DNA of 64,000 nucleotides from Bdellovibrionales bacterium (GCA_965200875.1 OZ241456.1:1696001-1760000); one strand, 5' to 3'; shown: positions 48,044 to 58,623, numbered from the stretch's first letter. Notes: generated by a model from the letters alone, not told the origin. Numbers and translations are program-made.

Positions 48044-48330
48044 GTATTTTCCTCTTTGAAAATCTTTGTATGCTTATACACTATATGCTTATGGAGTGTC
48101 TTCATAAGAAACACTGCGACACCTAAAAAATAACTGGTAAAAAATCCAGATAATAAATTTTATAACGCTGGCCGTAATCATTTGACAAATCCATTTTTGT
48201 CGGGAAGAGGAAAATACAGACCAATGATAATTGAAAAAGTCTTTCACCTATTGCTATCACTTGATTTTTTTATAATTTTCCAAGGACTAATTGCAAGGTT
48301 TTATAACGAAAAAATAAAGAATGAAAGAAG

Positions 48331-48444
48331 CACTTTACCAATACTCAACGCGAGGCGAGTTCGGCTTTGAGCACACCGCGACTGAAAGACGCGTGTGTGG
48401 CAAAACGCATGTTTGAGACCGAGCGGTGAAGTATTGGTAAAGTG
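48331..48444. repeat. Palindromic (REP/MITE/RPE-like) element with perfect 15-bp terminal inverted repeats
   Basis: CACTTTACCAATACT ... AGTATTGGTAAAGTG; internal core recurs at 58078-58127. Confidence 0.75.
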
Positions 48445-48534
48445 TACTCCCCCACTAAACGGACTTATTTAGGACCGATTAAACATAGGACTTTCAATTT
48501 TTCCAGAAAGATCAAATAAACAAATTTACAAATC

Positions 48535-49950
48535 TCATGGAGGGGTGGATTCCTGTAGGTTTTCCACGATAGCCGGCATATTTTCTTTTAATCCCTTTTT
48601 TTTGATTTTTTCCAATAGAGTGGTGCGATTCAGCTTTAAAAGCTTGGCCGCCTGATTACGATTCCATTTTGTTTTTTCCAGAGCTTTTAAAATTATTTTA
48701 TTTTCAAAGTGATTGACAGTGTTGTTGAAATCTAGGCCGGTTTCAGGAATATCCATGACTTCTTGGGTATCCTGATGAGGGGATTGACGATATTTCAGAG
48801 GTAGATCTGTGTCCTGTACAATATTATCCTTATTCAAAACACAAAGCCGTTCAATCATGTTTTCTAGCTCTCTGATATTTCCCGGCCATTCATACTGGCA
48901 TAAATTATTTATAGCGGATTCCGACAAACCTTTGAATTTATTGAACCTGTTTTTGTTAAAGCTTCTTATAAAATAGTCAATTAAAAGGGGAATATCCTCT
49001 GTTCTCTCTCTTAGAGGTGCTATGGAAAGAGGAATAACATTCAGACGATAATATAAATCTTTTCGGAAAGTGCCTTTTTTTACAGCCTGTTCCAGATCTT
49101 CGTTGCTGGCAGAAATAATCCGCGCTTGAGATTGAATAATAGAGTCCCCTCCCACTGGCTGAAACTCTTTTTCCTGAAGAACCCTGAGAAGTTTCACTTG
49201 TGTGGATAGATCCATAGTGCTGATTTCATCTAGAAAAAGAGTGCCCCCCTCCGCCATTTGAAAGCGTCCGATACGATCTTTTATAGCACCAGTGAAAGAA
49301 CCTTTTTTGTGGCCAAATAGCTCACTTTCCAGAAGATCTTTGGGAATGGCTCCACAATGCACAGGAATAAAAGGCCCTCGACTGAGTGGGGAATTAAAAT
49401 GTATGGATTTGGCAACCAGCTCTTTTCCAGTTCCGCTTTCGCCTGTAATGAGTACGGTGGAACAGGAGTGGGAGATTTTTTTTATCATCTCCAGTAAATT
49501 AAGAAGGAGTCGGCTTTGCCCGATAATCTGATCAAACCGATATTGTTTTTTCACGCAAGAACGTAGCTGAGCGTTTTCTGTTTCCAGCTGGGATTGAAAC
49601 AAAGCTTTTGAACATAAATTGATAATTTCTCCAATATTAAAAGGCTTTGTTATAAAATGAAACGCCCCTTTTTTCGTAGCTGATACAGCCAGATCAATGG
49701 TTCCATAGCCAGTCATTACAATCACCTGTGTATTGGAGTTTCTTTCTTTTATGGGCTTCATTAATTCCAAACCATCTCCATCCGGTAATTTCAAGTCCAG
49801 CAGAACAATATCAAAGCTGGCATTTGCAGGGAGTTTATGAAAAGCTTGTTTTGAGTCCAGTTTTACAGTCAAATACCCATGATGCTCCAAGGTTTTGGAA
49901 AGAGATTGGCTGAGTGTATTTTCGTCATCAATAATCAGAATTTTTTTCAT
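48535..49950 (-). CDS. Sigma-54-dependent response regulator (NtrC family: REC-AAA-HTH)
   Basis: LLDLKLPD, GESGTGKE, GSFTGA, LFLDEI, WPGNIREL, Fis-type HTH. Confidence 0.95.
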   Translation of the reverse strand: MKKILIIDDENTLSQSLSKTLEHHGYLTVKLDSKQAFHKLPANASFDIVLLDLKLPDGDGLELMKPIKERNSNTQVIVMTGYGTIDLAVSATKKGAFHFITKPFNIGEIINLCSKALFQSQLETENAQLRSCVKKQYRFDQIIGQSRLLLNLLEMIKKISHSCSTVLITGESGTGKELVAKSIHFNSPLSRGPFIPVHCGAIPKDLLESELFGHKKGSFTGAIKDRIGRFQMAEGGTLFLDEISTMDLSTQVKLLRVLQEKEFQPVGGDSIIQSQARIISASNEDLEQAVKKGTFRKDLYYRLNVIPLSIAPLRERTEDIPLLIDYFIRSFNKNRFNKFKGLSESAINNLCQYEWPGNIRELENMIERLCVLNKDNIVQDTDLPLKYRQSPHQDTQEVMDIPETGLDFNNTVNHFENKIILKALEKTKWNRNQAAKLLKLNRTTLLEKIKKKGLKENMPAIVENLQESTPP

Positions 49951-50187
49951 GGCGACTTTTACTTTAAAAAAACTATTTTTGTTGCTCTAAATATAAAGAT
50001 TAAATGAGTTTCGGTTTCTTCACTATGTATCATCTAAAAATCTGGACTGGTCGCCCGCCTCAGACTTCCGATCGTTTAAACTTCAGTCAGTTAATTGTCT
50101 GGTTTTTTTCAAATTATCAGACTTTTGGTGCTAATACTTTCCACGAAAGAATAACATTCCCAAAAAAAAAAGCGATCTCAAAAAATA

Positions 50188-52125
50188 TCACCGGCTTAGA
50201 ATCAGCTGAACTTTCCGATCGGAAGGAAGAGGAGACGCAGGATTGGGAATGGTACGTACAACCTGCCCAGATCCTCTTACCTGCAAGCGCACCTTTTCCC
50301 GCTTTGCCTTTTGATAGGCACCTCTCAAACTTAACCCAATAAAATCCGGGGTTTTTCCATCCTGAGAAGATAACCCTCGATTAATAGGCTCTTTTTCTTT
50401 ATATGTTTTTTGGGATTCCCGCAAAATATTTCGCTCACTGATTAAAACAGGAGAGAGGCCAGACTGCCTGACAGCATATTCCGCCACTCTTGAAAAAACA
50501 GGAGCTGCAACAGTGGAACCATAAAATTTTTCTTGGGGCTGATGAACCACCACATAAATCACAAATTTGGGATCATTAGCGGGAATAAAGCCGGCAAAAC
50601 TGGAAATGTACTGTCCTTTCACATATCCCCCTTCTTCTGTATCAACCACTTGAGCAGTGCCGGTCTTGCCAGCGGTTTGAAATCCTTTTACCTGCGCCTT
50701 GTTGCCTGTTCCATCTTCTGAAACCGCCGATATCAACATCACTGTCATATTTTTAGCCTGCTCCGGGGTAAGAGCCTCCCCTAAAACCACCGGTTTAAAA
50801 AATTCTCTTTTTCCATTTTCTTTATAGTAAACAGATTCCACAAGATAAGGTTTCATTAACAAACCTCCATTGGCAATGGCAGAATAAGCCGCCACCATTT
50901 GCAAAGGAGTGACGGAAACAGCATGGCCAAAACCAATAGTGGCAAGCTGTAGCTTTTTCCAAGGGATTTTATGTAAAATCCCTGCGTTTTCACCAGGGAA
51001 AGAAATACCCAACTTGGAACCGAAACCAAAACTTTTCAAACTCTGATATAAAAAATCATCCCCTAAGCCCAAGGCCACCTGGGCCGCTCCCACATTGGAG
51101 GAATAAGATAAAATATCTCTTAAAGTCATATTTTTAAATTGGTGCGTGGACTCAGCCTCCTGAATAATATGACCGTCAATGGAAAGCTGGCCTTCTAGGC
51201 CATCATACACAGTGGAAGGGGGAATGTTTTTTTTCAAAGCCGAGGATATAATGAAAGGCTTTAAGGTGCTTCCTGGTTCAAAAGCATCTGTCACAGAGCG
51301 ATTCCTGAATAAATGGGGATCTGACTTAAAAGGCTGATTGAGATTAAAGGAAGGGGAATGAGCCATAGCCAAAATTTTACCGGTCTCAGGTTCCATAATG
51401 ATCCCCAAAGCAGATTTGGCGGAATATTCTTTAATAACTTTTTTTAATTCCTTTTCAAAAAAAAACTGCAAATCACTGTCAATAGTAAGATAAATATCAG
51501 CACCATTTGTCCTGAGCGTAATTAAATTGGTTTTAATGTCAGAAAAAAGTGGCCGTCCCATAGCGTCTCTGCGTGCAAGTACTTGTTTTTTCTCTCCACT
51601 TAAAATTTGATCATAACTCAGTTCAATGCCTTCCAAACCATGCCCATCACGCCCCACAAAACCCAGTATCTGAGCTAAAAGTGAACCACTGGGGTACACC
51701 CTTTTAGGTTCTTCCAGAAAAGCCAACCCTCTGATTTTCCAGGATTCCACAATCCGAGACTCCTTCTCACTGATATGTCTTTTCAACCACAAAAACCTAC
51801 GATTTTTATTTGAAATCCTCTTATAAATTTTTATTCTGGACATTTTTAAAAGCTGGCTCAGTTTTTGAGCTGTTTGACGGGGATTTTTAATCAGGGAAGG
51901 ATCTGCGAACAAGGACTGAGAGGCAACCGTGATAGCCAACTCCCGCCCATCACGATCATAAATAATTCCTCTTCGGGGTTTTAATTTAATAACGGTCTCA
52001 AAGTTTTTTTTCTTTGCCGAAATCAACTTCTGATTCGGGAAGAATTGAAGCCAAGCTCCCCGAATAAAAAAAGAAAAATAAAACAAACACAAAATAAAAC
52101 AAGTAAAAACAATTCTGGATTTCAT
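50188..52125 (-). CDS. ftsI: Penicillin-binding protein 3 (FtsI) with PASTA domain
   Basis: RGIIYDR, EPGSTLK, SSN, KTGT, C-terminal PASTA. Confidence 0.93.
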   Translation of the reverse strand: MKSRIVFTCFILCLFYFSFFIRGAWLQFFPNQKLISAKKKNFETVIKLKPRRGIIYDRDGRELAITVASQSLFADPSLIKNPRQTAQKLSQLLKMSRIKIYKRISNKNRRFLWLKRHISEKESRIVESWKIRGLAFLEEPKRVYPSGSLLAQILGFVGRDGHGLEGIELSYDQILSGEKKQVLARRDAMGRPLFSDIKTNLITLRTNGADIYLTIDSDLQFFFEKELKKVIKEYSAKSALGIIMEPETGKILAMAHSPSFNLNQPFKSDPHLFRNRSVTDAFEPGSTLKPFIISSALKKNIPPSTVYDGLEGQLSIDGHIIQEAESTHQFKNMTLRDILSYSSNVGAAQVALGLGDDFLYQSLKSFGFGSKLGISFPGENAGILHKIPWKKLQLATIGFGHAVSVTPLQMVAAYSAIANGGLLMKPYLVESVYYKENGKREFFKPVVLGEALTPEQAKNMTVMLISAVSEDGTGNKAQVKGFQTAGKTGTAQVVDTEEGGYVKGQYISSFAGFIPANDPKFVIYVVVHQPQEKFYGSTVAAPVFSRVAEYAVRQSGLSPVLISERNILRESQKTYKEKEPINRGLSSQDGKTPDFIGLSLRGAYQKAKREKVRLQVRGSGQVVRTIPNPASPLPSDRKVQLILSR

Positions 52126-52215
52126 TTGCAGGTCCTTTTAAATTTTCGAATACTGTACTCCTCCAATTTGATTTTTTTTGCCACTTTATACAGCCTTTCG
52201 AAACCACCTCACAAA

Positions 52216-52515
52216 TTACTGTGGAACCACAGCCTTCTCTCCGATCACCAAAATAACCTGCCCTTCTTTAGCCCAATTTAAAGTCATTCTGGAATGTGCC
52301 CATTTTTCCAATCGTTCCGAGCGGGTTAAACGAGCCTGCTTCATCAGATTTTTATAATATTGATCCTGAAGCATACTGTAAGATCGGGATTTTTCCAAAA
52401 AATCATAATTCATGTCTCTTAATCGCATTTTAAAAAAAACAATGACAAATAAAAAGCCAATCACAATAACCACATTAAAAAAAGGCTTAAAATTATACTC
52501 AGACAAATCATACAT
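52216..52515 (-). CDS. ftsL: Cell division protein FtsL-like
   Basis: TM plus coiled coil between rsmH and ftsI; GAGGA RBS before ATG 52515. Confidence 0.65.
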   Translation of the reverse strand: MYDLSEYNFKPFFNVVIVIGFLFVIVFFKMRLRDMNYDFLEKSRSYSMLQDQYYKNLMKQARLTRSERLEKWAHSRMTLNWAKEGQVILVIGEKAVVPQ

Positions 52516-52608
52516 TTTAACATTCCTCAGTTTGAACTTCAGATTGAATTTCAGGATTAAGTGATAACAAACCCACCCCGTTAAAATCCTGATAAATATC
52601 AAACTGGC

Positions 52609-53523
52609 TTACTCTTTCCTTTCAAACACTCGCAGTTTGGCACTTCGTGATCTAGGATTTTTCCTTATCTCCTCTTTTCGAGGCATAATCACTTTTTTAG
52701 TGAGATTTCTACCCTCTGTCACATCCAAACTCCGAAAAATATTTTTTACAATTCGATCTTCCAAAGAATGAAAAGTCAAAACAAAAACCCGGCCTTTTGG
52801 ATTAAGAGACCGAATCATCTTTGGCAGATTTTCCTTTAAACCCTCCAACTCATTGTTGACCTTCAATCGAAGAGCCAAAAAGTAAGGTGTGGCCGGGTGC
52901 ACTCCCTTCTTCCTCCAACCTTGTTTTTTCACAATCAAGTCTGCCAGTTCCTTTGTGCCTTTGATAGGAGCGCGTTTTCTCTGGCTTAGCAAGGCTTTTA
53001 CCACCAATGATGAATTATGTATTTCTCCATAAGTATAAAATAAATCCAATAATTCTTTTTCACTCCATTGATTAATTATATCCTTGGCGGAAAAAGACTG
53101 TGTTCCATTCATTCTCATATCTAGAGGGCCGTCCCTGTAAAAACTGAATCCTCTTTGTTCCTGATCCAGCTGTGGCGAACTGACTCCTAGATCCATGATA
53201 ATTATATCAAAGCCTTTTCCTTTCAGAAACCGCGGAAAATGATTTTTCATCAAATCAGAATAATTATGAAAATTGGCATGCAAAACCTGCAAAACTCCCT
53301 TAGGAAAATAAGGTTTTATATGTGTTATGCCCCAATTTACTGCTGATATATCACAATCCAAGGCTATCACTGAAACAGAAGAATAACGATTGAGGATGGC
53401 TTTTGTATGACCACCTGCGCCAAAAGTAGCATCCAAGACCCATTTTCCGGAAAAAAAAGGAGGGAAATACTCCAACATTTCCGCTAGGAGCACGGGCTTA
53501 TGCTTAAATAAATTAATATCCAT
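52609..53523 (-). CDS. rsmH: 16S rRNA m4C1402 methyltransferase RsmH
   Basis: HKPVLL, DATFGAGGH, DLGVSSPQLD, FHSLEDRIVK, NPRSRSAKLR. Confidence 0.97.
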   Translation of the reverse strand: MDINLFKHKPVLLAEMLEYFPPFFSGKWVLDATFGAGGHTKAILNRYSSVSVIALDCDISAVNWGITHIKPYFPKGVLQVLHANFHNYSDLMKNHFPRFLKGKGFDIIIMDLGVSSPQLDQEQRGFSFYRDGPLDMRMNGTQSFSAKDIINQWSEKELLDLFYTYGEIHNSSLVVKALLSQRKRAPIKGTKELADLIVKKQGWRKKGVHPATPYFLALRLKVNNELEGLKENLPKMIRSLNPKGRVFVLTFHSLEDRIVKNIFRSLDVTEGRNLTKKVIMPRKEEIRKNPRSRSAKLRVFERKE

Positions 53524-53587
53524 TTATAAGAAAAGTCCTGATTTTTTGCAAATCTACTTCATAAGAGGCAACAGATTTTCAAGAAAT

Positions 53588-54046
53588 CTAATGAAGAGTC
53601 TTGACAAAATCCAACACCTCCTGAGCATGGCCTGGAACTTTTACCTTTCTCCACTCTTTCAAAAGCTCCCCTTTTTTATTGAGAATAAAAGTACTTCTTT
53701 CAATACCGAGGATTTTTTTGCCATACAGATTTTTTTCTTTAATCACATCAAAAGCCTTACAAAGTGTTTCATCGGGATCACTAATTAAATCAAAGCGATA
53801 GCCGTATTTTGCTTTAAACTTCTCATGAGAGGAGAGACTGTCCCTTGAAACCCCTAGGATATGAGTGTCAAGCTCCCGAAATTTTTTATACAGATGGGTA
53901 AAGTCCGTACCCTCAGCTGTACAACCGGGAGTATCATCTTTGGGATAAAAGTAAAGGACAATATTCTCACCCTTAAAATCCTTTAAACAACACTTTCCCC
54001 CGCCACCCGTAACAGAAAGACTCATTTCAAGTGTTTTTTTTTCCAT
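53588..54046 (-). CDS. bcp: Peroxiredoxin Bcp
   Basis: YFYPKDDTPGCTAE, GIERSTF. Confidence 0.93.
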   Translation of the reverse strand: MEKKTLEMSLSVTGGGGKCCLKDFKGENIVLYFYPKDDTPGCTAEGTDFTHLYKKFRELDTHILGVSRDSLSSHEKFKAKYGYRFDLISDPDETLCKAFDVIKEKNLYGKKILGIERSTFILNKKGELLKEWRKVKVPGHAQEVLDFVKTLH

Positions 54047-54171
54047 AAAGGTTTTTTCCTTCTTTTCTGGCGGTTAAATAACTAATTCATTTGCCTTTTT
54101 TTGCCATTCCGGCTAAATTTCCATAAATCACATAAACACATATTTTTAACCTCCAACAAAAGAAACAGTCA

Positions 54172-54708
54172 ATGCTTAATATCAAAACCTCTGTGCTTAT
54201 TACTGCCGAACATATACAAAAAAAAGTACAGGAACTGGCTCAAATTCTTAACAAAAAATTCGAAAATAAGCAAATTATCGCCATAGGAGTCTTAAAAGGT
54301 TCTTTTACTTTTTATTCCGACTTAATACGCGCTCTTTCCTGCCGGGTATTATGTGATTTTTGCGCAACATCCAGTTATGGAAAAAAAAGAGAGCCTTCAA
54401 AAGAAATTAAGCTCACTATGGATACAGATCTGGATATTTCTGGAAAACATATACTTCTTGTGGAAGATATAGTGGATCGAGGCTTGACACTTAAATTTTT
54501 GCAATCCCACTTTAAACATCGAAATCCTTTGTCGCTCACCACTATAACCCTCATTGCCAAACCCCAAAATACCCGGCAGGTGAAATGTCAGCTGGACCAT
54601 ATCGGATTTGAAGTAGAGGCAGACTCTTTTTTAGTGGGATATGGTCTGGATTATCAGGAGCAGTTCCGCCATCTTCCTTATATAGCGGAAATTAACAGTC
54701 TGAACTAA
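54172..54708 (+). CDS. hpt: Hypoxanthine phosphoribosyltransferase
   Basis: VLKGS, LVEDIVDRGLT, VGYGLDY. Confidence 0.94.
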   Translation: MLNIKTSVLITAEHIQKKVQELAQILNKKFENKQIIAIGVLKGSFTFYSDLIRALSCRVLCDFCATSSYGKKREPSKEIKLTMDTDLDISGKHILLVEDIVDRGLTLKFLQSHFKHRNPLSLTTITLIAKPQNTRQVKCQLDHIGFEVEADSFLVGYGLDYQEQFRHLPYIAEINSLN

Positions 54709-55397
54709 ACCCACGAGTTTTTTTTTAAGCCAGAAGCTTTAAACTTTTTTAAAGAATGCTCCATTTGCCTGTTAAGCTGTATCCAATCTTCATCTGTCCA
54801 TTCCTCGGTTTTTCTTAAGTTCATGGCTTTTCTGGAAAAGAATTTTCTTTTTTCCTTCGGCAAAACTGCTGGCCTTAAAGGTAAGGGCGCGCCAGAATAA
54901 CTCATTTCAAAAAAAACCGGCCAGTTAAAACAATGTCCAGGATCCACTTTACCCCTGTAACCAGCAATATGTTCATGCCCAATAACTCTTTTTGGATTTT
55001 TTAAAGCGGGATAATGAACTTTCAGTTTCTCCAAAATCATTTGAAGTGACCTGTATTGTTTTTTTGTATACTCAAATAAATTGCCGTTTCTGTTCACCAA
55101 TTCCACTCCAATGGAAAAATCATTAAACTGCCTCCACTCTTTTTTCCCTTCCTGTAAATAACTTTCCCCCGCGTGCCAGGCCCTGAAGCACTTTCCCTGT
55201 AGACAGGAAACCAATTCATAAGCAGAACCATCCTGATCCACCACAAAATGACTGGAAGCCTTGGTTTTTGGATTCTGAAACAGATCCAAAGTTTTTGAAA
55301 AAGAGACACAAGTGTAATGAATCACTAAAAACTCCACAGTTATTTCCACGGGATCGTAATTGAATAAAAGTGGCTTTTCAGAGATGACAAGAGACAT
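54705..55397 (-). CDS. N-acetylmuramoyl-L-alanine amidase (Amidase_2; AmpD/AmiD-like)
   Basis: VIHYT, ASSHF, AWHAG, SIGVEL, IGHEHIA...KVDPG. Confidence 0.9.
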   Translation of the reverse strand: MSLVISEKPLLFNYDPVEITVEFLVIHYTCVSFSKTLDLFQNPKTKASSHFVVDQDGSAYELVSCLQGKCFRAWHAGESYLQEGKKEWRQFNDFSIGVELVNRNGNLFEYTKKQYRSLQMILEKLKVHYPALKNPKRVIGHEHIAGYRGKVDPGHCFNWPVFFEMSYSGAPLPLRPAVLPKEKRKFFSRKAMNLRKTEEWTDEDWIQLNRQMEHSLKKFKASGLKKNSWV

Positions 55398-55549
55398 TTT
55401 TTTTATTATAGTGACAGCTTGCAGAATGAAACAAGTATTTTTGCACATAAAAATATACAATCTTATGACTTACGGGCAAAACCAAAATGTATGAGAGGGG
55501 ATTTCCACTGACGGGAAAATGACATAACTTTTAAAGAAAGGAAAGAAAC

Positions 55550-56584
55550 ATGGGTGAATTTTTTTTTGAGATCGGCATATTTGCAAGCAAGGTTTTTATT
55601 ATTGCGTTTTTAGTGGGAGGATTACTCATTATATCCGGTTCTGCGTTTTCCGAACACAAAAAATGGAAAAAGAAAAAAAAATTGGAAGTGGAGGATATAG
55701 GTGACAATCTGCAAGCTTATCGTTTAAAAATACAGTCTGTCACCCACTCCACGAAAAATATAAAAAAACAAATCAAAACTCTGAAAAAGCAAAAGCAAAA
55801 AGAAGAAAGTGAGGAAAAACCCCGAGCATACATATTGAATTTTAAAGGGGATATGGAAGCTTCTCAGGTGGAGCTTTTGCGAGAGGAGATCTCCATTTTA
55901 CTGAAAACAGCTGATCCCAAAAAAGATGAAGTTATTATAAAGCTCAACAACCGTGGAGGGCTGGTTCATAGTCATGGCTTAGGAGCAAGCCAGCTGGAAA
56001 GATTGAGAACTAAAGGGTTTCAGCTGACTGTCTGTGTGGATGAAGTAGCGGGGAGTGGAGGTTACCTGATGGCCTGTGTGGCCAACAAAATTTTATCAGC
56101 ACCTTTTGCAGTTATCGGTTCTATAGGGGTATTGGCGCAACTTCCCAATTTTTACAGATTTTTACAAAAGCAAAATGTGGATTATGAAGAGCACTCCGCC
56201 GGCACACACAAAAGAACACTGACTTTATTTGGAAAATCCACAGAGGAAAAAAGAGAAAAACTAAAAGAACAATTGGAAGAGGTGCATACTCATTTCAAAA
56301 ATTACATTGTAAAATACCGACCTGAAGTGGATCTTTCCAAGATCGCAACAGGCGAGCACTGGCTGGGAACAAAAGCCAAAGAGCTGGGTTTAGTGGATGA
56401 CATTCAGGTCAGTGATGATTACATTCTCTCTTTGCTGGACACCAAAAAAGTGTATAAGCTCAGCTTGAAAGAAGAAGAGCTGACAAACATTCAGCGTCTG
56501 CTTTCAAAAAAAATAAAACAAATTACCGCTGGCAGTTTTTTTGGGTTTATAAAAAAACTTTTTCAGTTAGGCCAAAAAAAATAA
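55550..56584 (+). CDS. sohB: Protease SohB (S49)
   Basis: FKGDMEAS, AGSGGYLMAC, GSIGV, ATGEHW. Confidence 0.92.
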   Translation: MGEFFFEIGIFASKVFIIAFLVGGLLIISGSAFSEHKKWKKKKKLEVEDIGDNLQAYRLKIQSVTHSTKNIKKQIKTLKKQKQKEESEEKPRAYILNFKGDMEASQVELLREEISILLKTADPKKDEVIIKLNNRGGLVHSHGLGASQLERLRTKGFQLTVCVDEVAGSGGYLMACVANKILSAPFAVIGSIGVLAQLPNFYRFLQKQNVDYEEHSAGTHKRTLTLFGKSTEEKREKLKEQLEEVHTHFKNYIVKYRPEVDLSKIATGEHWLGTKAKELGLVDDIQVSDDYILSLLDTKKVYKLSLKEEELTNIQRLLSKKIKQITAGSFFGFIKKLFQLGQKK

Positions 56585-56609
56585 ATTTTTGATTTTAATC
56601 AGATTTTCT

Positions 56610-56637
56610 GGGGGGTTCAGATGGTTTCAACCCCCTT
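56610..56637. terminator. Hairpin between convergent genes
   Basis: GGGGGTT...AACCCCC inverted repeat. Confidence 0.5.
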
Positions 56638-56669
56638 CGCGTGAAGTTTACTTGTATGATCGATTAATT

Positions 56670-57983
56670 TTAATTCTTGCGACAACGAAATAACACTCTG
56701 GCCTGAGAACCCAAAGACACTGGATCTGCTATGATAACCTGCCGACCTTCCACCCGAAATCTCACATCCATCCCAGCCACCTTAAGATATACGCTCCGAA
56801 CCTCTGGAAAACAAGGAAGAGAAATAGGTGGCATTTCCAGTAAATTATTGGCTATAGGACCGAGTTGGCTGTTATAGTCCGTGGAGCAAACAGAACCCAG
56901 ATGACCTGGGCGGATATTTCCATATTTGGACATAATATCAGGAGAAGGCTTTGAAGCCTCAGCGTAAATACGACCTTCCACACCTCCTGACTGAGCTTGG
57001 CAATTCCCGTCGCCGGGTTTAACAATAATAGAGTGGAAAGAAACTATGGAAAAGGGGTTCTTGTGACTGGCCTTTCTGAAAAAAGTTTCTGGTTCATCAT
57101 AAAGCTCCAACTGAGGCACACTGCCAACTCTTCCTTCAGGAACCCGACCTCCATAACTTCTTTCATCTTCATCTGAAATAACAATGACTGTAAAAAGAGA
57201 GTGTGGCCTGAAAAACACATTGTTTTCCGCATTATCCAATGCCATATTCAAAGCATAAATCCCGCGTTCATCATCCATATTACCCACAACAGGCTTTATC
57301 TTCTCCTGAAAATACTGTACATTTTGCCGATGCCTTAAAACATCTCCTGAAGGATTGGAAAGAAATTTCTGACCATTGGGAAACACCACAAAACGCCCAT
57401 TATTTTTATTATATCCTATTTCAGTGGTTGTAATGGCTATCTGATAATCTGCTTTTTTTATATCCTCCAAAAAAGTATTAAACTGATTAGCGATTCCTGC
57501 CAGTTCCGGCTCCATGGATTTTGAGTTATCCACAACAAACAAAATATCCATTCGGCCAAGCCGGGTTTTAATGGAGTTATTAGGTCTATAACGATTATCA
57601 GACTCTCTATTACTGGTATGATGATCATTGTCATCATCATCGTCATCGTCATAGCCATCATCATCATCGTCATCGTCATCATCCCTACGGTCATGGGGGG
57701 AGTGGTCATCATCAGAATCAGGAATGGAAAGATTATTAGGGTTTTTTCCATCATAGTTATCAGGAGGGATATTTCCATCATAGATATCGGCCTCCATTTC
57801 CAGATCATTATGACATTCCACACCTTCCACATCTAAGTCCTCTCCACAATCAAATTCCGGTATATCAGTAAAACTCAGATCCTGACAGCCACCAATATAA
57901 ACCACCAGAAAACCCACCACAATAAAAGTGGTGAATGTCAAAACTTTTACATATTGTTTTCCAAGATTACTAAAAAATTTCAT
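56670..57983 (-). CDS. vWA (MIDAS) domain lipoprotein with poly-Asp linker
   Basis: IGGC lipobox; DILFVVDNSKSM; ISDEDE. Confidence 0.8.
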   Translation of the reverse strand: MKFFSNLGKQYVKVLTFTTFIVVGFLVVYIGGCQDLSFTDIPEFDCGEDLDVEGVECHNDLEMEADIYDGNIPPDNYDGKNPNNLSIPDSDDDHSPHDRRDDDDDDDDDGYDDDDDDDNDHHTSNRESDNRYRPNNSIKTRLGRMDILFVVDNSKSMEPELAGIANQFNTFLEDIKKADYQIAITTTEIGYNKNNGRFVVFPNGQKFLSNPSGDVLRHRQNVQYFQEKIKPVVGNMDDERGIYALNMALDNAENNVFFRPHSLFTVIVISDEDERSYGGRVPEGRVGSVPQLELYDEPETFFRKASHKNPFSIVSFHSIIVKPGDGNCQAQSGGVEGRIYAEASKPSPDIMSKYGNIRPGHLGSVCSTDYNSQLGPIANNLLEMPPISLPCFPEVRSVYLKVAGMDVRFRVEGRQVIIADPVSLGSQARVLFRCRKN

Positions 57984-58077
57984 ATTATCTTTAACGGAAT
58001 AAATTATGAAAAACTAAATAGGCGCGTGTGAAAAACCACTTAACATATTGTTATCACTTGATTTTTTTATAAATAGA

Positions 58078-58127
58078 TTTGAACACACCGCGACTAAAAG
58101 TCGCGTGCGTGGAAAACACGCATGTTT
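58078..58127. repeat. Second copy of palindromic element core
   Basis: TTTGAACACACCGCGACTAAAAGTCGCGTGCGTGGAAAACACGCATGTTT, closely similar to 48366-48414. Confidence 0.75.
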
Positions 58128-58419
58128 TCACCCGGCAGGTGAGAGGTATGAGAATAGCATGCCACATATAAAGACTTCTTCATAATCTAAATTTTTAAAA
58201 ATAAACTCTTTTCCCTTCCAAGTTTTTATGTATATTATTGAAAAAGTAGAAAATATGGGATTTAGTATAACTTTTAAAGCTTATTTTGTAAAAAATTCAA
58301 ACAATCGTCTAAAAAGCAAATATAAAACAAAAGAAAAAAAGGAGAAAACAGGTATAAAGTCTTTGAACGGTTTTTGCATGTAAATAAATATACAGGAAAC
58401 TTTTACTAAGGAGTAGAAA

Positions 58420-58623
58420 ATGAGAACCACCTATTTAAAAGAAAATTATGAATACAAGGAGAGTGAGAAAACAGACTTTTTAAGAGAACAAACAGAGTGT
58501 CCTATCTGTCACGGAGAATTGGACATCTTTATAGAGTGTATCGGCAATCACCAAATTAAAGAAGAAGCACGTTGTACTCAATGTATGGCTTTATCAAGAG
58601 TACAGGATCACCTGCTCCACTGA
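58420..58623 (+). CDS. Small zinc-ribbon-like protein
   Basis: CPIC...CTQC; strong AAGGAG RBS. Confidence 0.75.
   Translation: MRTTYLKENYEYKESEKTDFLREQTECPICHGELDIFIECIGNHQIKEEARCTQCMALSRVQDHLLH

Noticed and set aside
48078..48093. NrdR box upstream of nrdA
   Set aside because: Only the ACACTATAT half matches and no clear second box; too weak to call
48331..48444. tRNA or known riboswitch
   Set aside because: No cloverleaf, T-loop or recognisable aptamer consensus; reported as a palindromic repeat instead
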